The position numbers were made by a program, and so were the translations under genes. From contig NW_025963990.1 of the NCBI RefSeq assembly GCF_023055435.1, positions 3,410,001 to 3,474,000 on the forward strand: a stretch of 64,000 nt of DNA, given 5' to 3'. The number at the start of each line of letters is the position of its first letter. Position 1 is the first letter of the stretch. Shown in pieces: positions 35,634 to 47,907 of this stretch. Below the pieces are notes generated by a model, which did no database searches, was not told where the DNA came from, and was given only the letters and a program-made list of their open reading frames with translations. The stretch is from Haliotis rufescens (taxonomy: Eukaryota).

Positions 35634-38600
35634 TTATTCTGTAATAAAGGCCTCCAGCCCAGAGTACATGTGTATATAATCAAGTCACAACAATTTTAAG
35701 TTACAAACAAAAATTACAATCATTAAGAAGAGATCTACTATAATCATCAAGAGGAGGTGAAGCATTCGTAAACTGTATATAGAGTTGTCTCCCTTTAACC
35801 TATGAGATAAACCTGCCTTGCCTGCGTGCATTTAACAATATAAAGTGCTAAAGATTCTGACAAAGAATTATCTGTCATAACTTTCTCAAATTTGTCTAGA
35901 GTACGAAGATTACTAGTACAAATACTTGGCAAAAGCATATTTCTGAATTTGTTATACAAGTAACATGATGTAATAAAATGAACTTCATCCTCCACAATTG
36001 ATACACTCAGATTATCAAAACAATATTTACATACTCTATCCTCTCTAGCAACACCCAATTTCAACAGCCAGTTTGTGGTTACCACATCTGAATCGACTAA
36101 GAACAATTCTTAAATTTTTACTCTTCATATTGTGCAAATACCTTTCAGGCTCCAACACTGATTTGATAATAGAATAATTATAAAGCTTACTTGTTTCACT
36201 TATAGATAGTGCCCATGTTTGTTTCCAACAATCCTGCAACCTTTGCCTACAAATTCTAAGGAAATGGGTTATGTCACCAACACCCTGTTCAAACCAAACT
36301 AGACCAAATCCAAGTCTGTTCAACAGATATTTTATTCTAGTTGCCCATGTGGCTCTACCAGCCCCATCTAACTGATATAACATCAGATAGCAAGCCTTAG
36401 GATACCTATTTGTGGACATGTTTAATATTTTCAGCCAATACTTAATTGAATTGAACATGGTTGTTACATGTAATGGATACCGTCCTAGCTCCCCATACAA
36501 GACTGCTGCTGGAGTGTTTGAATTAACATGGAGAACTTTTCTAAGAAATTTGCAGTGCACATTTTCTATAACTTGGACACTTTCAAATCCCCAAACACAT
36601 GATGCATAACATAAGACTGGAGAAACCATCCTATCAAATAGAAACAAGGACTCTTTAATGTTAAGCTTAGACTTTTTCAAGAATCCAAACAAAATAAACA
36701 GAGCTTTTTCTCCTTGTTGTGCCAGGGTACTTCTTGCCAAACTCCATGAGAGCTTAGGGGTGAAAAACACCCCAAGATACTTATAAGCGGATACTGCTTC
36801 CAGAGGAATACCATCATAATGCCACTTTTCCTTTTTTGTTACTATACCACCTCTTCGGAATACCATGACTTTCGTTTTCTCAAAATTAACCCTCATCCCG
36901 TACTGATTGCAAAATCCTGCTAAACAATCTATCTGGTGCTGTTACCTTCTAACAGAATCTTCAACATTAGCAATATCATCTGCAAACATTATCAAAGTGA
37001 TGTTTTCAGCATACTCATTGACAAAAATACCCTTGCAATCATTAAACCTGTAATTATCTACTAGCTCATTCAAAAACAGGGTGAATAACAGTGGGCTTAT
37101 CATACACCCTTGCCTGGTTCCTATTGTACATTCAAAGAACTCAGACAGTGAGGACTTGTTAACTAGAACACATGATTTTAGCTGACTATACAGAGATGAA
37201 ATAACTGAAAAATTTACCTTTAACACCTTTTTGTAAAAGTACATATTTCAATAAATGGTGCTGGACGCTGTCGAATGCCTTCGAAAAGTCTATGAATAAA
37301 CAATAGCAGCGCCCTTTTGACTTGGAGAGGTATTTCTGAATAACCGATTGTAATACAAATATATTGTCTATGGTGCTATATCCATTTCTGTAGCCAGCTT
37401 GTTCCTCATACAGCTTTTCTTTTTCTTCACACCAGCCAACAAGTCTATTACTTAGTATTTTGGTAAAGGCCTTTCCAATTACTGATAACAAAGATATTCC
37501 CCTATAATTGTCAGGATCTGTTTTTTCACCTTTTTTATGAATAGGAAATTTTATTGCCTCTGTCCATTGTGATGGGTAAACTCCAACAGATAATATCTTG
37601 TTAAATAACCTGTGGATATATGATAAAAGTATATGAGATACACTTTTTAAATGTTCATTTAAAATTCCATCAGGTCCTGGCGCTTTGCCATTGGGGAGAT
37701 CATTAATTACAGATCTAATTTCCTCCATAGTAATAGTCTTATCTAAAACTTGTACACCCTCAACATTGTCACAACAGGCTGTGTCATCTTCATTATCCCT
37801 GATAAACTTATGTACATGTTCACAGAAGTCAGGGTCAGTATCAAAGTTACTGTTGTTGAGCAGTGATGAAAAATGATTATACCATTCCTCTGGTGAAATT
37901 GCTTCACTGCCAGACCTCCCTTGCCTGTTGTAGCGTTTGATGAATTTCCATAAGTCCCGTGTGGTCACACCCGCATTATTTATCACCCGCATTACATCTG
38001 GTTTATCTGCCATGTCATATCTGGCTTTTTTTTGTTTACATGCATTCTTAAATTTATTTCTTGATAAAATGTAATTCTTGAAGTTAATGTTAGAACCAGA
38101 TAATCTAAACTTGTCTAAACACTTATATTTTTCACCTTTGAGAATCTCACATTCATGGTCCCACCACTTGGGCTGACTAGGGTAGCGCCCCTCTGACCCC
38201 TTATTTGATTTCATACCACTTAAAATAGCACATTTACAAATAACTTCAGACAAGTTGCTTACTGCCGCATTAATGTCATTATCATCCAGATTCTTTACAA
38301 ATGTCATTTGCAGCTCGCTGTTGCATGTTTCATTTACAAGTTTGTCAACATATAGCTGGCTGAAGTTTGGTTTCCAATTTAGCTTATTCCATGACTTTAA
38401 CTGCTGGCCTGTCTTGTGTGGATTAACTTGAGGGATTAAATTAAGTCTACATGTCACTGGTAGGTGATCTGATTCTGGTATGGCAAGTATGTCAAAATCT
38501 GAAACACTTTTGTACAAACTTGTAGAAACCAAGACATAATCTATTACACTCTTTCCCGTATGTGAGATGAAAGTGAAATTACCACACCTATATCCTCCAG

Positions 38601-39835
38601 ATCTTCCATTTAGCATGTGTAGCCCCATCACTCGACATAGTGATAGTAGTGATCGTCCAAATAAATTCACAACATTATCCTTGGATATTCTTCTAATGTT
38701 AAAACAGTCAGTATCATATTCTGCATCCAGGTATGTGATGTCATCATCAATTATAAAATCTTGCTAAAGTCCCACCCTCGCATTCAAATCACCTATTACA
38801 GTAAACTGTATATTGTCACCATACTCAGATATGACAGTCATTAGTTGACTCCGGAGGCTCTCAATCCCATTTGTCTCATCTACAGTCCTGTAATACGTTG
38901 AACTTTCTGGAGGGATATAATTGAAACAAAATACTGTTTGCATGTCAAATGTACAAGTGGTCCAATCAAACAATAAGAATATTCCATTTGCATAATTTGA
39001 GCATATTCTCTGGAACAAATGGGCAATGTTTTTCCGGACATATACATATATTCCCCCAGCTACACGCCCTGAACCTGAGTACTTCCTTGCAGCTCCATAG
39101 TGAGAATATCCAGGTAATAAGTCTGAGAATTCAGTCTCTGATCTACTAAAAGTTTCATACAACCCAATAATGTCAAATTTCATAAACATATTCACAATAT
39201 CACTATTTACAAACTTTTTTAGCCCGCTAACATTCCATGAGAAAACATTCAGACTTCCAAAATCTAATTTACATGTACTCTGGCCTTGGCCGCACCCCTA
39301 TTCCTCCATCCACTGGGGTAAGGGTTTCCCATCCTTGGCACGTATTCCTGTTTCCATGTCGAATGTGTATATTCTGCCAGCCACCACGATTGTTTCATAC
39401 CTCATAAACATCTTTTCTGATTCGCCGATGTGGTAACGGGCTTTCTCGAGATATGGATAAAGTTTTTTGCGCTTGTCCCTTACCATTTCGCTGAAATCCT
39501 CTTTCAAGAAAACAGTTTGTTCACCTTCTTCACGCTTTTTCTTCCGAAACTGTCCAAGGGCATGTTGTTTGTGTTTAAACCTCATAAACTGAACACATAT
39601 TGGCCTTGGCTTACCATTACTATTCTTTTTCCCCAACCTACGCGTAGTTTCGATTGGGAATACATCATCGTTCATTGCATTCTCGATTCCAAGATCATGT
39701 TCTAGAAAGTTTCTTACTTTATCTTCTGTCTCTGTCCACAGTTCTTTCTCGCTTTCCTGGATTCCCATGATGATTACATTATTTCTTTTAAATGAATCTT
39801 CAAGTTTGCTAACCTTTTCACACGAGCACACGATT
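35634..39835 (-). mobile_element. Non-LTR retrotransposon (APE-RT with C-terminal CCHC; RTE-X-like, clade uncertain), 5'-truncated and inactivated
   Basis: ORF1 39298-~39830 (KLEDSFKRNNVIIMGI..RPICVQF, L1-ORF1/Transposase_22-like RRM). ORF2 pieces: SWNVSGL, DIIGLYET, GDLNARVG, SVIDY, SDHLPV (APE); KAPGPDGI, NYRGISLLS, FIDFSKAFDSV, RQGCMISPLLF, FADD (RT); CKYC..EDEVHF...C. Stops and frameshifts near 38764, 37200, 36942, 36050. Confidence 0.92.
37186..38670 (-). pseudogene. LINE ORF2 segment (endonuclease C-terminus to RT N-terminal half)
   Basis: 494-aa ORF with SVIDY, SDHLPV, KAPGPDG and FIDFSKAFDSV motifs. Confidence 0.85.
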
Positions 39836-39945
39836 TTCTTCTTATATATATAAGGTATATATAACACAGCTGTATACAAATAAGGTCTATATAACTTCTA
39901 TATAAATTCTGGAACAAATTTCTTTTTGTCGGCCCTTGGTCATGT

Positions 39946-42900
39946 CTAATAGAAGCTGGTATTCTCATTCCAAACAGGTTCCCAAGAAGGCCCGTTAGGT
40001 TCACCGTCGTCAAAGTCGTACTCCATCACACCAGATAGCAACTTCGCCTCCTTTGTCGTAGCAACTTCCGGAAGACTGTCGCCGATCGGAGATTTAATTT
40101 CACGATGATTGAAAGGATCGCACTTGTCAAAAATGTTGATTCCTTGAGATGGCCAGTGTGATGTCATCATCATATGTTTGTAAGCTCTGAGTTTTGAGGG
40201 AACATCATCGGCCCGAGCCCACTTGGCCGGCGTCATGCACACGAACACCACAAAGCGCCATCTGTCAGAATTGGGGCGGCCTTTCTCCGGTCTGCAGTTG
40301 TCATGCACTGTCCGAGAATCCCAAAGGACCATCCCTCCTTTCGGAACAGGAACCTTTGTGGTAACGCAGCCCTTTCCTCGGAACCAAGATTTGTCGTCTT
40401 CATTTAATCTATAATAATCGATTCTGTTGCCGTTCCTGGCGGAGTCTTCGAATTCTTCAAAGAAAGCGTTGAAATATTTATGCGATCCCGACAAAACCCT
40501 GAAGCAGAAGTCAGTTTCTGCCGCCTCCTCCAAATACAGAGCGCCTTGGTAACCATGGAGACCAATTTTTTCTGCCGGTTGGTCAACGTGTAACCATGCT
40601 TTCCCGGTATCATAAATTCCGAATTTTTCAGTTTCCGGTGGGAAAGATATGGCTACACCGTCAAAGCTTGTTAGGAGCTTCTCAGTCTCCCAGACTTTAG
40701 CAAAAACTGGTTTGGCTTTAAAGCGGCAGTTCCAGGTGTTTTCGAAATGACCAATATCATATCCCTGAACGACTGAGTGCATGTGAGATGGCCAATCATC
40801 CTCCTCGAACTGGGACAGCCAATCACGGTACTGGGATATGTACACGTCACAGTCCTGCGCACTGCAAACATCCGGTATCACGGCATACCCTTTCTCCTCA
40901 AGATCTTTCATAACTGAGTCTCTGGTGATGAAGACAAAAATAAATGTGTTACTGTCAAGACCAAACAAATGCAAGAGTCATCAACTGTATATAATGAGAT
41001 ATCTGTGAATAATGTATTGCTCTTTCAAAGTGGGCTCATTTGCGTTTGTCGGTCCATCTTCCCGAGGCAAGTGAGTTAACTGACTATAAAAGTCCAGTTT
41101 CCACCCTTGCCGAACTAGGCTGGAATTCCTGGGCACCAGTGGCTATTACTAGTTATCTCCTTTCTATGCCTCTCCTATTGACCAATCAGATTCAACCTCT
41201 CGTATCACTTGCATTTGCTTCAAACAAAACGGTGGCGCCCAGTCAAGACGATCTGATCGATAATCAAGATCTATATTGTGATAAAACGAGTCTTACATCG
41301 CGAAGTGCATCAAATCACGTGAGCACCTTGATTAAAAAGATTTAGAAAATATCTGTTGACAACGAGTTAGCGGTGCACATGCTTTGCAAGTCCTGCAGTC
41401 GATCGAAATCTGCATGACACTTTACGAACCGGATTTGGATTTCGGTGCGCGATTTTGATTGGACTATGCATAGACTCGTTAGTCCAGCCAAAATGTTACT
41501 CCATGATACCAGCCTAGTTCGGCAAGGGTGGAAACTGGACTTTCATAGTCAGGTAACTCACTTGCCTCGGGAAGATGTAGCCGGTCAGTCTTGTCCGGTT
41601 TGGATGTCGCTATATCCCGGCCTATTTAATTACCAACATAACAAGGATTGAGTTGAGATGAGTTAGTGACTACAAGGCTTATTGTGGTTACAAAAGCCTC
41701 AGTGTCTTTAGTGTCGACTAAACGTGGGAGACACGAGCATCCATCTCGTGACCTGGGTGGTTGGTTGTCATTGCTTAAGTCCTTGCTGCTAACTTCTCAA
41801 TGTCGCAGTATTTTATATCGGATGAAGTTGTTTTTTTAATGCACGAAGATAGCCTTTCTAAAGAATTATGACGCCGTGGCGTTACTTTAGTTAGATAAGT
41901 GTAGATTTATACACCTCAAGTGACTTCGTCCTATTATTTTGAGGGCCTTCTTTTCGTAGATCTTAGCAGGGACTTTCTATGGAATATCCCTCTATAGGGA
42001 TAATCTATACAAAGTCTCACTCTCCCAGGCATATTCAATACAAAAAAAGGGGGCACGGGTGGCCCAGTCGTCTAAGGCGCCGCGATTCGCTGTGCAGAGT
42101 TGCGTCCCTTGGGCACGCCAGAAACCTATGATTGTGGGTTCCAATCCCGGTTCGCCCCGATTATGTTTCTAGGTTTGTCAGCACCATACCCGTGCTCGTG
42201 GGTTTCACCGAAGTGATAAACGTCTGAGACCTGCATCACTTCGGGCTTTCCTCCCACATTAAGCTGACACGCCGTGCTATAACTGGAATACTGTTAAAAG
42301 CGGCGTTAAACACAACTCACTCACTCACTCACTCACTCAATACAAAAAAAACCTGTCCCAAAGATATTCCATACAAAGTCCCGCTGTCCCAAAGATATTC
42401 CATACAAAGTCCCCCTGCCCCAGGGATATTCCATACAAAGTCCCTCTGCCCCAGGGATATTCCATACAAAGTCCTCCTGCCCCAGGGATATTCCATACAA
42501 AGTCCCTCTGCCCCAGGGATATTCCATACAAAGTCCCCCTGCCCCAGGGATATTCCATACAAAGTTCCTCTGTCCCAGGGATATTCCATACAAAGTCCCT
42601 CTGCCCCAGGGATATTCCATACAAAGTCCCTCTGCCCCAGGGATATTCCATACAAAGTCCCCCTGCCCCAGGGATATTCCATACAAAGTTCCTCTGTCCC
42701 AGGGATATTCCATACAAAGTCCTCCTGCCCCAGGGATATTCCATACAAAGTTCCTCTGAAATATGTTTTTGGGACCCAACTCGATTTACTTTCATTTTAG
42801 ATACACCATTCACTTGAGAAAAGAAAAACTTAGATAAATTTTGTATTAATTTTGTAAATAATTGCATACGTTACCACCCTCATTCTTTAAACTTGTTATT

Positions 42901-44989
42901 TGATATAAATGGGCATGTTTAATTAATTTCAGTGAGAATATTGAGAGGAGGGTGAGTAAGTAAGTACGGTCTTACGCTGCTTTTAGCGGTATTCCAGACA
43001 CATAATGGGAGGGTGCTGCAGATATTGGCTTCTCATTGTGTACCCGTGTTGGGATTCTCCCACCGCTATTCACTTAAACATATGTACTGTATCTTGTTAT
43101 CTCCCTTGGTCTGCAGACCATGTAATCGTATCTAATCTGGGAATTGATATATAAAGATCAACAAGGATATAATAATGATTAAATAACATGCTTAATAACC
43201 AAACCAACGCAAAAACAATCAGATCACATACGAATGTGTTTTTCTCAATATTTCTTCAAACAATATTAGATAAGATGGCAGTGGTATATTATTTTTTTAT
43301 TTTAAGAAGAAGTTTATTCGGTATCAAAGGCCGCATGGCCAATAATTCGAATTCGAGTCAACGTGGGAATTCCGGGTTACAAATGGTCAACAGCAACCTA
43401 AAATGGTCGTACGAGGCATCTTAGTGTATTGAGGTTAACTTAAGCACATGGGTAGGTGGGACAACTGTTATACTATCTCAATAGAATATGTATGATACAT
43501 TATACAGGCAGATTTCTTTTCAACTCGTAAAGATCCGGCTTAGAATAGGTCTTCAGCAACCCATGTTTGCCGTAAAAGGCGACTAGGCTTGTCGTAAGAG
43601 GTGACTAACGGGATTGGGTGGTCAGACTAGCTTTACAGTTTTTGTTGCTACCGGTTGATTAAATGTTGCTCGAAATTTAAATAATATGCGGATGAGATCT
43701 TTGTTTGGACATAACTCCATAATATATTTCTCTGGTTCGAGTACAGACTTATATGTAGAAATATGGTTTAGAAATGATGAAGAAATAATTTTAGCATGGC
43801 AATTCTGAATATCTATGTCTTTACATCTATGCTTAAAACATTGCATAAACTTTGAAATGCTGCCAGACTCCTGTTCGATCCAAACATACTTAAATCCAGT
43901 TTCTTATCGCAGGAAACGAACATGCGTTACCCAGTTGTGGCTGCCGTTTTCATCCTGTGATGCCATAACATGCTAATGGGTATCCATATACAACAGCCTG
44001 CTCCAATACTTTATACATCTTCCCGAGGCAAGGGAGTTAACTGACTATAAAAGTTCAGTTTCCACCCTCGCCGAACTAGGCTGGAATACCTGGGCTCGAT
44101 CGTAGCGCCACCAATGGCTATTACGAGTTATGCCCTTTCTATGCCTCTCGGACTTTTATAGTCAGTTAACTCACTTGCCTCAGGAAGATATACTTTATAC
44201 AACAACTAGAATAATTAACATATAACATTTTACTTTAAGATAATTTTCATAGCAACTTTGGGTTGTTTTAATATACTTAACCAAAAACGCCAGACTGCGA
44301 CATGACTCGAGGATACAAAATTATACACATCATGATATGTCTTATGTGGCCTTACACAAGTTGTTAATGTGTTGTGAATGGACACTTTGTAACAACACAT
44401 TCAGTGAGAGCTTTCTAATTTCTTACCGCCTCAATTTTCCATCTATATGACTACAGTCTGTAAAAAACCGTCAGGGTGCGATGACGCGCACTCAACCAAA
44501 TCACTGCGCCTGACCACCCAATACACTAAGATGCCTCGTACGGCCATTTTAGGTTGCTTTTGACCATTTGTAACCCGGAATTCCCACGTTGACTCTAATT
44601 CGAATTATATGTCGTGTTACCCAGACTTTGAGACAACCGAGATGAGTCAGTAAGGGTGTTGGATTTAACTCCGCTTTTGAACAGCATTGAGGCTGATCAC
44701 GACGTCATCTTGATGTGGGAGGAAAACAAGAAGTCGCGAAGGTCTTTAACAGTAACTACTAGGCATGAGCTTATATGTGTAACAGTCAGTGTGTAAGATC
44801 AATCAAAAGAGTTTTTAGTCCCTTTGCAAAATAAGTCAAATATGTAGGCGTTTTGTAAATTGCTGAAGTCAATAATACCCGATGATCAGTTATCACTGAC
44901 TAAATGAATGTAACATAGAAATGCAGTTGTGCTTGAATATAAGCTCACCTGTCAAAGCACGAAAGTCCAGGTACGTCACGTTTCGCCAT
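39946..44989 (-). CDS. PhyH-like Fe(II)/2OG dioxygenase, paralog 2
   Basis: Exon 1 44949-44989 (MAKRDVPGLSCFDR), phase-2 intron, exon 2 39946-40921; WLHVDQ, WDSRTVH, RWRFVVFVCM; exon 2 nearly identical to paralog 1. Confidence 0.88.
41055..41577. mobile_element. Mutator-like MITE (family M3) with ~70-bp TIRs
   Basis: CATCTTCCCGAGGCAAGTGAGTT... TIRs; degenerate 9-bp TSD TTGTCGGTC/TAGCCGGTC; the empty site TAGTCGGTC is present at ~24015. Confidence 0.85.
42049..42336 (+). mobile_element. SINE family A, full length with TSD
   Basis: TSD TCAATACAAAAAAA; inserted into the edge of the 31-bp minisatellite. Confidence 0.9.
42340..42760. repeat. 31-bp minisatellite (CCCAGGGATATTCCATACAAAGTCCCTCTGC)
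   Basis: About 13 units. Confidence 0.9.
43628..44010 (-). pseudogene. Decayed LINE ORF2 3' fragment
   Basis: YKSVLEPEKYI...LIRILFKFR resembles IKSVLEPERYL...LRIVLSRFR of the 36-kb LINE. Confidence 0.6.
44016..44190. mobile_element. MITE family M3, internally deleted
   Basis: Same TIRs; perfect 9-bp TSD TACTTTATA. Confidence 0.85.
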
Positions 44990-45509
44990 GATTAATGTGT
45001 CGTCTGCTCGCACGAGAACGCAAAGTGTCGTCTGCTCGTTGAACCCATCCGTTTTATACAGAGACGAAACCTCTAGACTGTTCTGTATTTATCGTGGAGG
45101 GTTGTTGCACAAGCCGCCGACATCTCACGAGAGCAGGTGATAAAGATAGCCCATTCTTGATCCGATGTGTTGTGTTCGAGCGATTGTTTTGATGGTTGTT
45201 CAGTAGCTACCATGTTCTTGACCCTATATTTGAGTGTACCGTTAGGTTCAAATTAATATGCACAATTTTAAAACAACCATCTTGAGCGGTACAGATGGTG
45301 TGTACAACACATTGTTAGATTGCATTAACCAGATAGAAACGAATATAAAAAGACAAATAAGTGTATAACCTCAACCCCGTTCCCCTGAGTGATCGTAGTG
45401 CTAAGACGATTGCAACTGCCATAACATTCGTGACCAACTCGTGTTATTCCGGGACAAGCCGAATAGCAGGTTACGGAAAGGGGCGAGTAGTGACGAATGC
45501 TGCCATAAG

Positions 45510-45750
45510 TTTGTTTGTTTGCTGTTTTACGCCGCACCCCATAATCGACAAGCTTTATGACGGCAGTCGGTAAATAATCGAGTCTGGGCCAGACATTCCA
45601 GTGATTGTTAGCAAGAGCATCGACCTACGAATTTGGAAAACGATGACATGCATCAATCAAGTCAGCAAGCCTGACTGCACGATCCCGTCCGTCGCCTCTT
45701 ACGACAAGCATGGGGTGCAAAAGACCGCTTCTAACCCGGATCTTCACAGG
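45510..45750 (-). mobile_element. Short retroposon family C, diverged
   Basis: Family match. Confidence 0.7.
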
Positions 45751-46127
45751 GGCCTGTCATAACCATATATGATCTTTGCTAATTACGTATATGTTTGGCA
45801 GGATGCGTGAGTATTTGAGCCAATCAGATGCCAGACCTTTAAATCGACTCGGCTTCATTTCTATATCACCTCGATAATGTGATGAAATTATAAAGCAATA
45901 ATTACATTACCTCAGAAATGAAAATTCCATTATCAAATATTTGTGACATAAACTCAGAAAACGCGCGTATAAATATGGAAAATAACACTGGACCGAGGAA
46001 TCATCTCTGGTGTACGCCACATGAACATGCGAAATAGCAGCCTGCCCTTATCAAGTATAACTGCTAATTAATAGTTTCATACATACTCTTAGTACGTTAT
46101 AAACGTTTCCATGTTCTCCATTTACGA

Positions 46128-46385
46128 GGGGGCACGGGTGGCCCAGTCGTCTAAGGCGCCGCGATACGCTGTGCAGAATTGCGCCCCTTGCGCACGCCAG
46201 AAACCTATGATTGTGGGTTCGAATCCCGGTTCGTCCCGATTATGTTTCTCGGTTTGTCAGCACCATACCCGTGCTCGTGGGTTTCACCGAAGTCACTTCG
46301 GGCTTTCCTCCTGACACGGCGCGATAATACTGGAATACTGTTCAAAGCGGCGTTAAACCCAACTCCTCCACTCACTCACTCACTT
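46128..46385 (+). mobile_element. SINE family A, internally deleted
   Basis: Family match. Confidence 0.8.
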
Positions 46386-46879
46386 ATTCCCCGTGTGCTT
46401 CATTACCTGTGTGTTATTTGTTATTCTTACTGTACATCTGGCTTCATTACATGTGTGCTTCATTACCTGTATGCTATTTGTTATTCTTACTGTACATCTG
46501 GCTTCATTCAATCAACTGTATGCTACTTGTTATCTATTACCTGTTGTCAATGTTAATCTGCTGCTTATCACAACATATCATGCATGTATACCTCTCATCA
46601 CTTGGATGTTGTCACTCCAGTTTGATAACGGTGTAAGAATATACATCGAAACGACGTTATATACGATAACCAGAAGTATTTATCCATAAAGCTGTATGTT
46701 TTCTTATAAATATCTTGTTTCAACTATAATTTTCAAAATTTACATAATTCTTACATATATCCATTGACGTATCCATCAATCCATCTCCACGTCAGCCGTG
46801 TGTACGCATATTTACCTCAGCTCCTCACATCGATACTCTGTTCCTTGCCGAGATCGTGACAAATGTGTCATGCTGTAAT

Positions 46880-47087
46880 GGGTGAGTGAGTGAGTTATTC
46901 CAGTTATATCGCAGCGTGTCAGCGTGTAGGAGGAAAGCCCGAAGTGATGCAGGTCTCAGACGTTTACCACTTCAGTGAAACCCACATGGTGCTGACAAAC
47001 CTAGAAACATAATCGGGGCGAACCGGGATTCGAACACGCAATCATAGGTTTCTAGGGACGCAACTCTGCACGGCGCCTTAGACGACT
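46880..47087 (-). mobile_element. SINE family A, degenerate
   Basis: Family match with deletions. Confidence 0.75.
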
Positions 47088-47453
47088 ATACTACTCAGAA
47101 GAAGTTAAACACCATGACAGATTAACTATGGTAATATGTAAGATTCGAGTGTTCTTTAACTTCTGTGTGTAGTACAGTAGAGCTTCACATAGGCTGATAG
47201 ACTGGAGCAGGCTCCATTGTTTTATCATAACATGTAAACGATGTCTCAAAAAACCTTGACGACGCACGCAAACAAAATACCAAACAAATAAGTGAAACAT
47301 TGCTAAATAATAAGATAGTGACTTTGTTCCGAGAGGTTTTCTTATAAATTCGGAACACACCAGGGTAGATGGAATACGTATATCTCGGATTTGTTGTAAT
47401 TTTCTTATTTAAACCCATATCGGAAACAATGATTGCGTCCTGTCCAATATGAA

Positions 47454-47562
47454 GGGCTCCGTTCCACAAAGCGATCGTAGCGCAACGCGAGTCATAGGTG
47501 TATATTAAAGTATGGGATTTACGATGACCTCAGCGCTGCGGTCGCTTTGTGGAACAAAGCCC
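47454..47562. mobile_element. Small hairpin MITE
   Basis: GGGCTCCGTTCCACAAAGCGATCGTAGCGC ... GCGCTGCGGTCGCTTTGTGGAACAAAGCCC imperfect ~30-bp TIRs. Confidence 0.6.
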
Positions 47563-47907
47563 TGGTTAATATGTTCCCAGTTCAAATGATCTTGCGTCTG
47601 AAAATGAGGTCATATTGTGACCAATACACAAGACGGTTATACGTGTGTCTTCCTGTGCAAGATAGGTCGCTTGCCTCACATCAGCTTCAACAAATAGTCT
47701 GGATAAACGAAAACACAAATAGAATCATGTCATACTGTATACATGGGAAATGTACAATTTCCTAGTTCGGGTCTACTTGAGTGCGGATTAACGAGGCTCC
47801 TACGAATGCCAATATTTTGTTAAACTAGCCGATTCACGAGACATTGGAAGCCAGTTGTTCGTAGTGTAATGTTCACGTGTTTTTTTCCGGACAATAAAGT
47901 ATGTTCC

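Noticed and set aside
42329-42867. Repetitive ORFs in all three minus frames
   Set aside because: 31-bp minisatellite inside an intron
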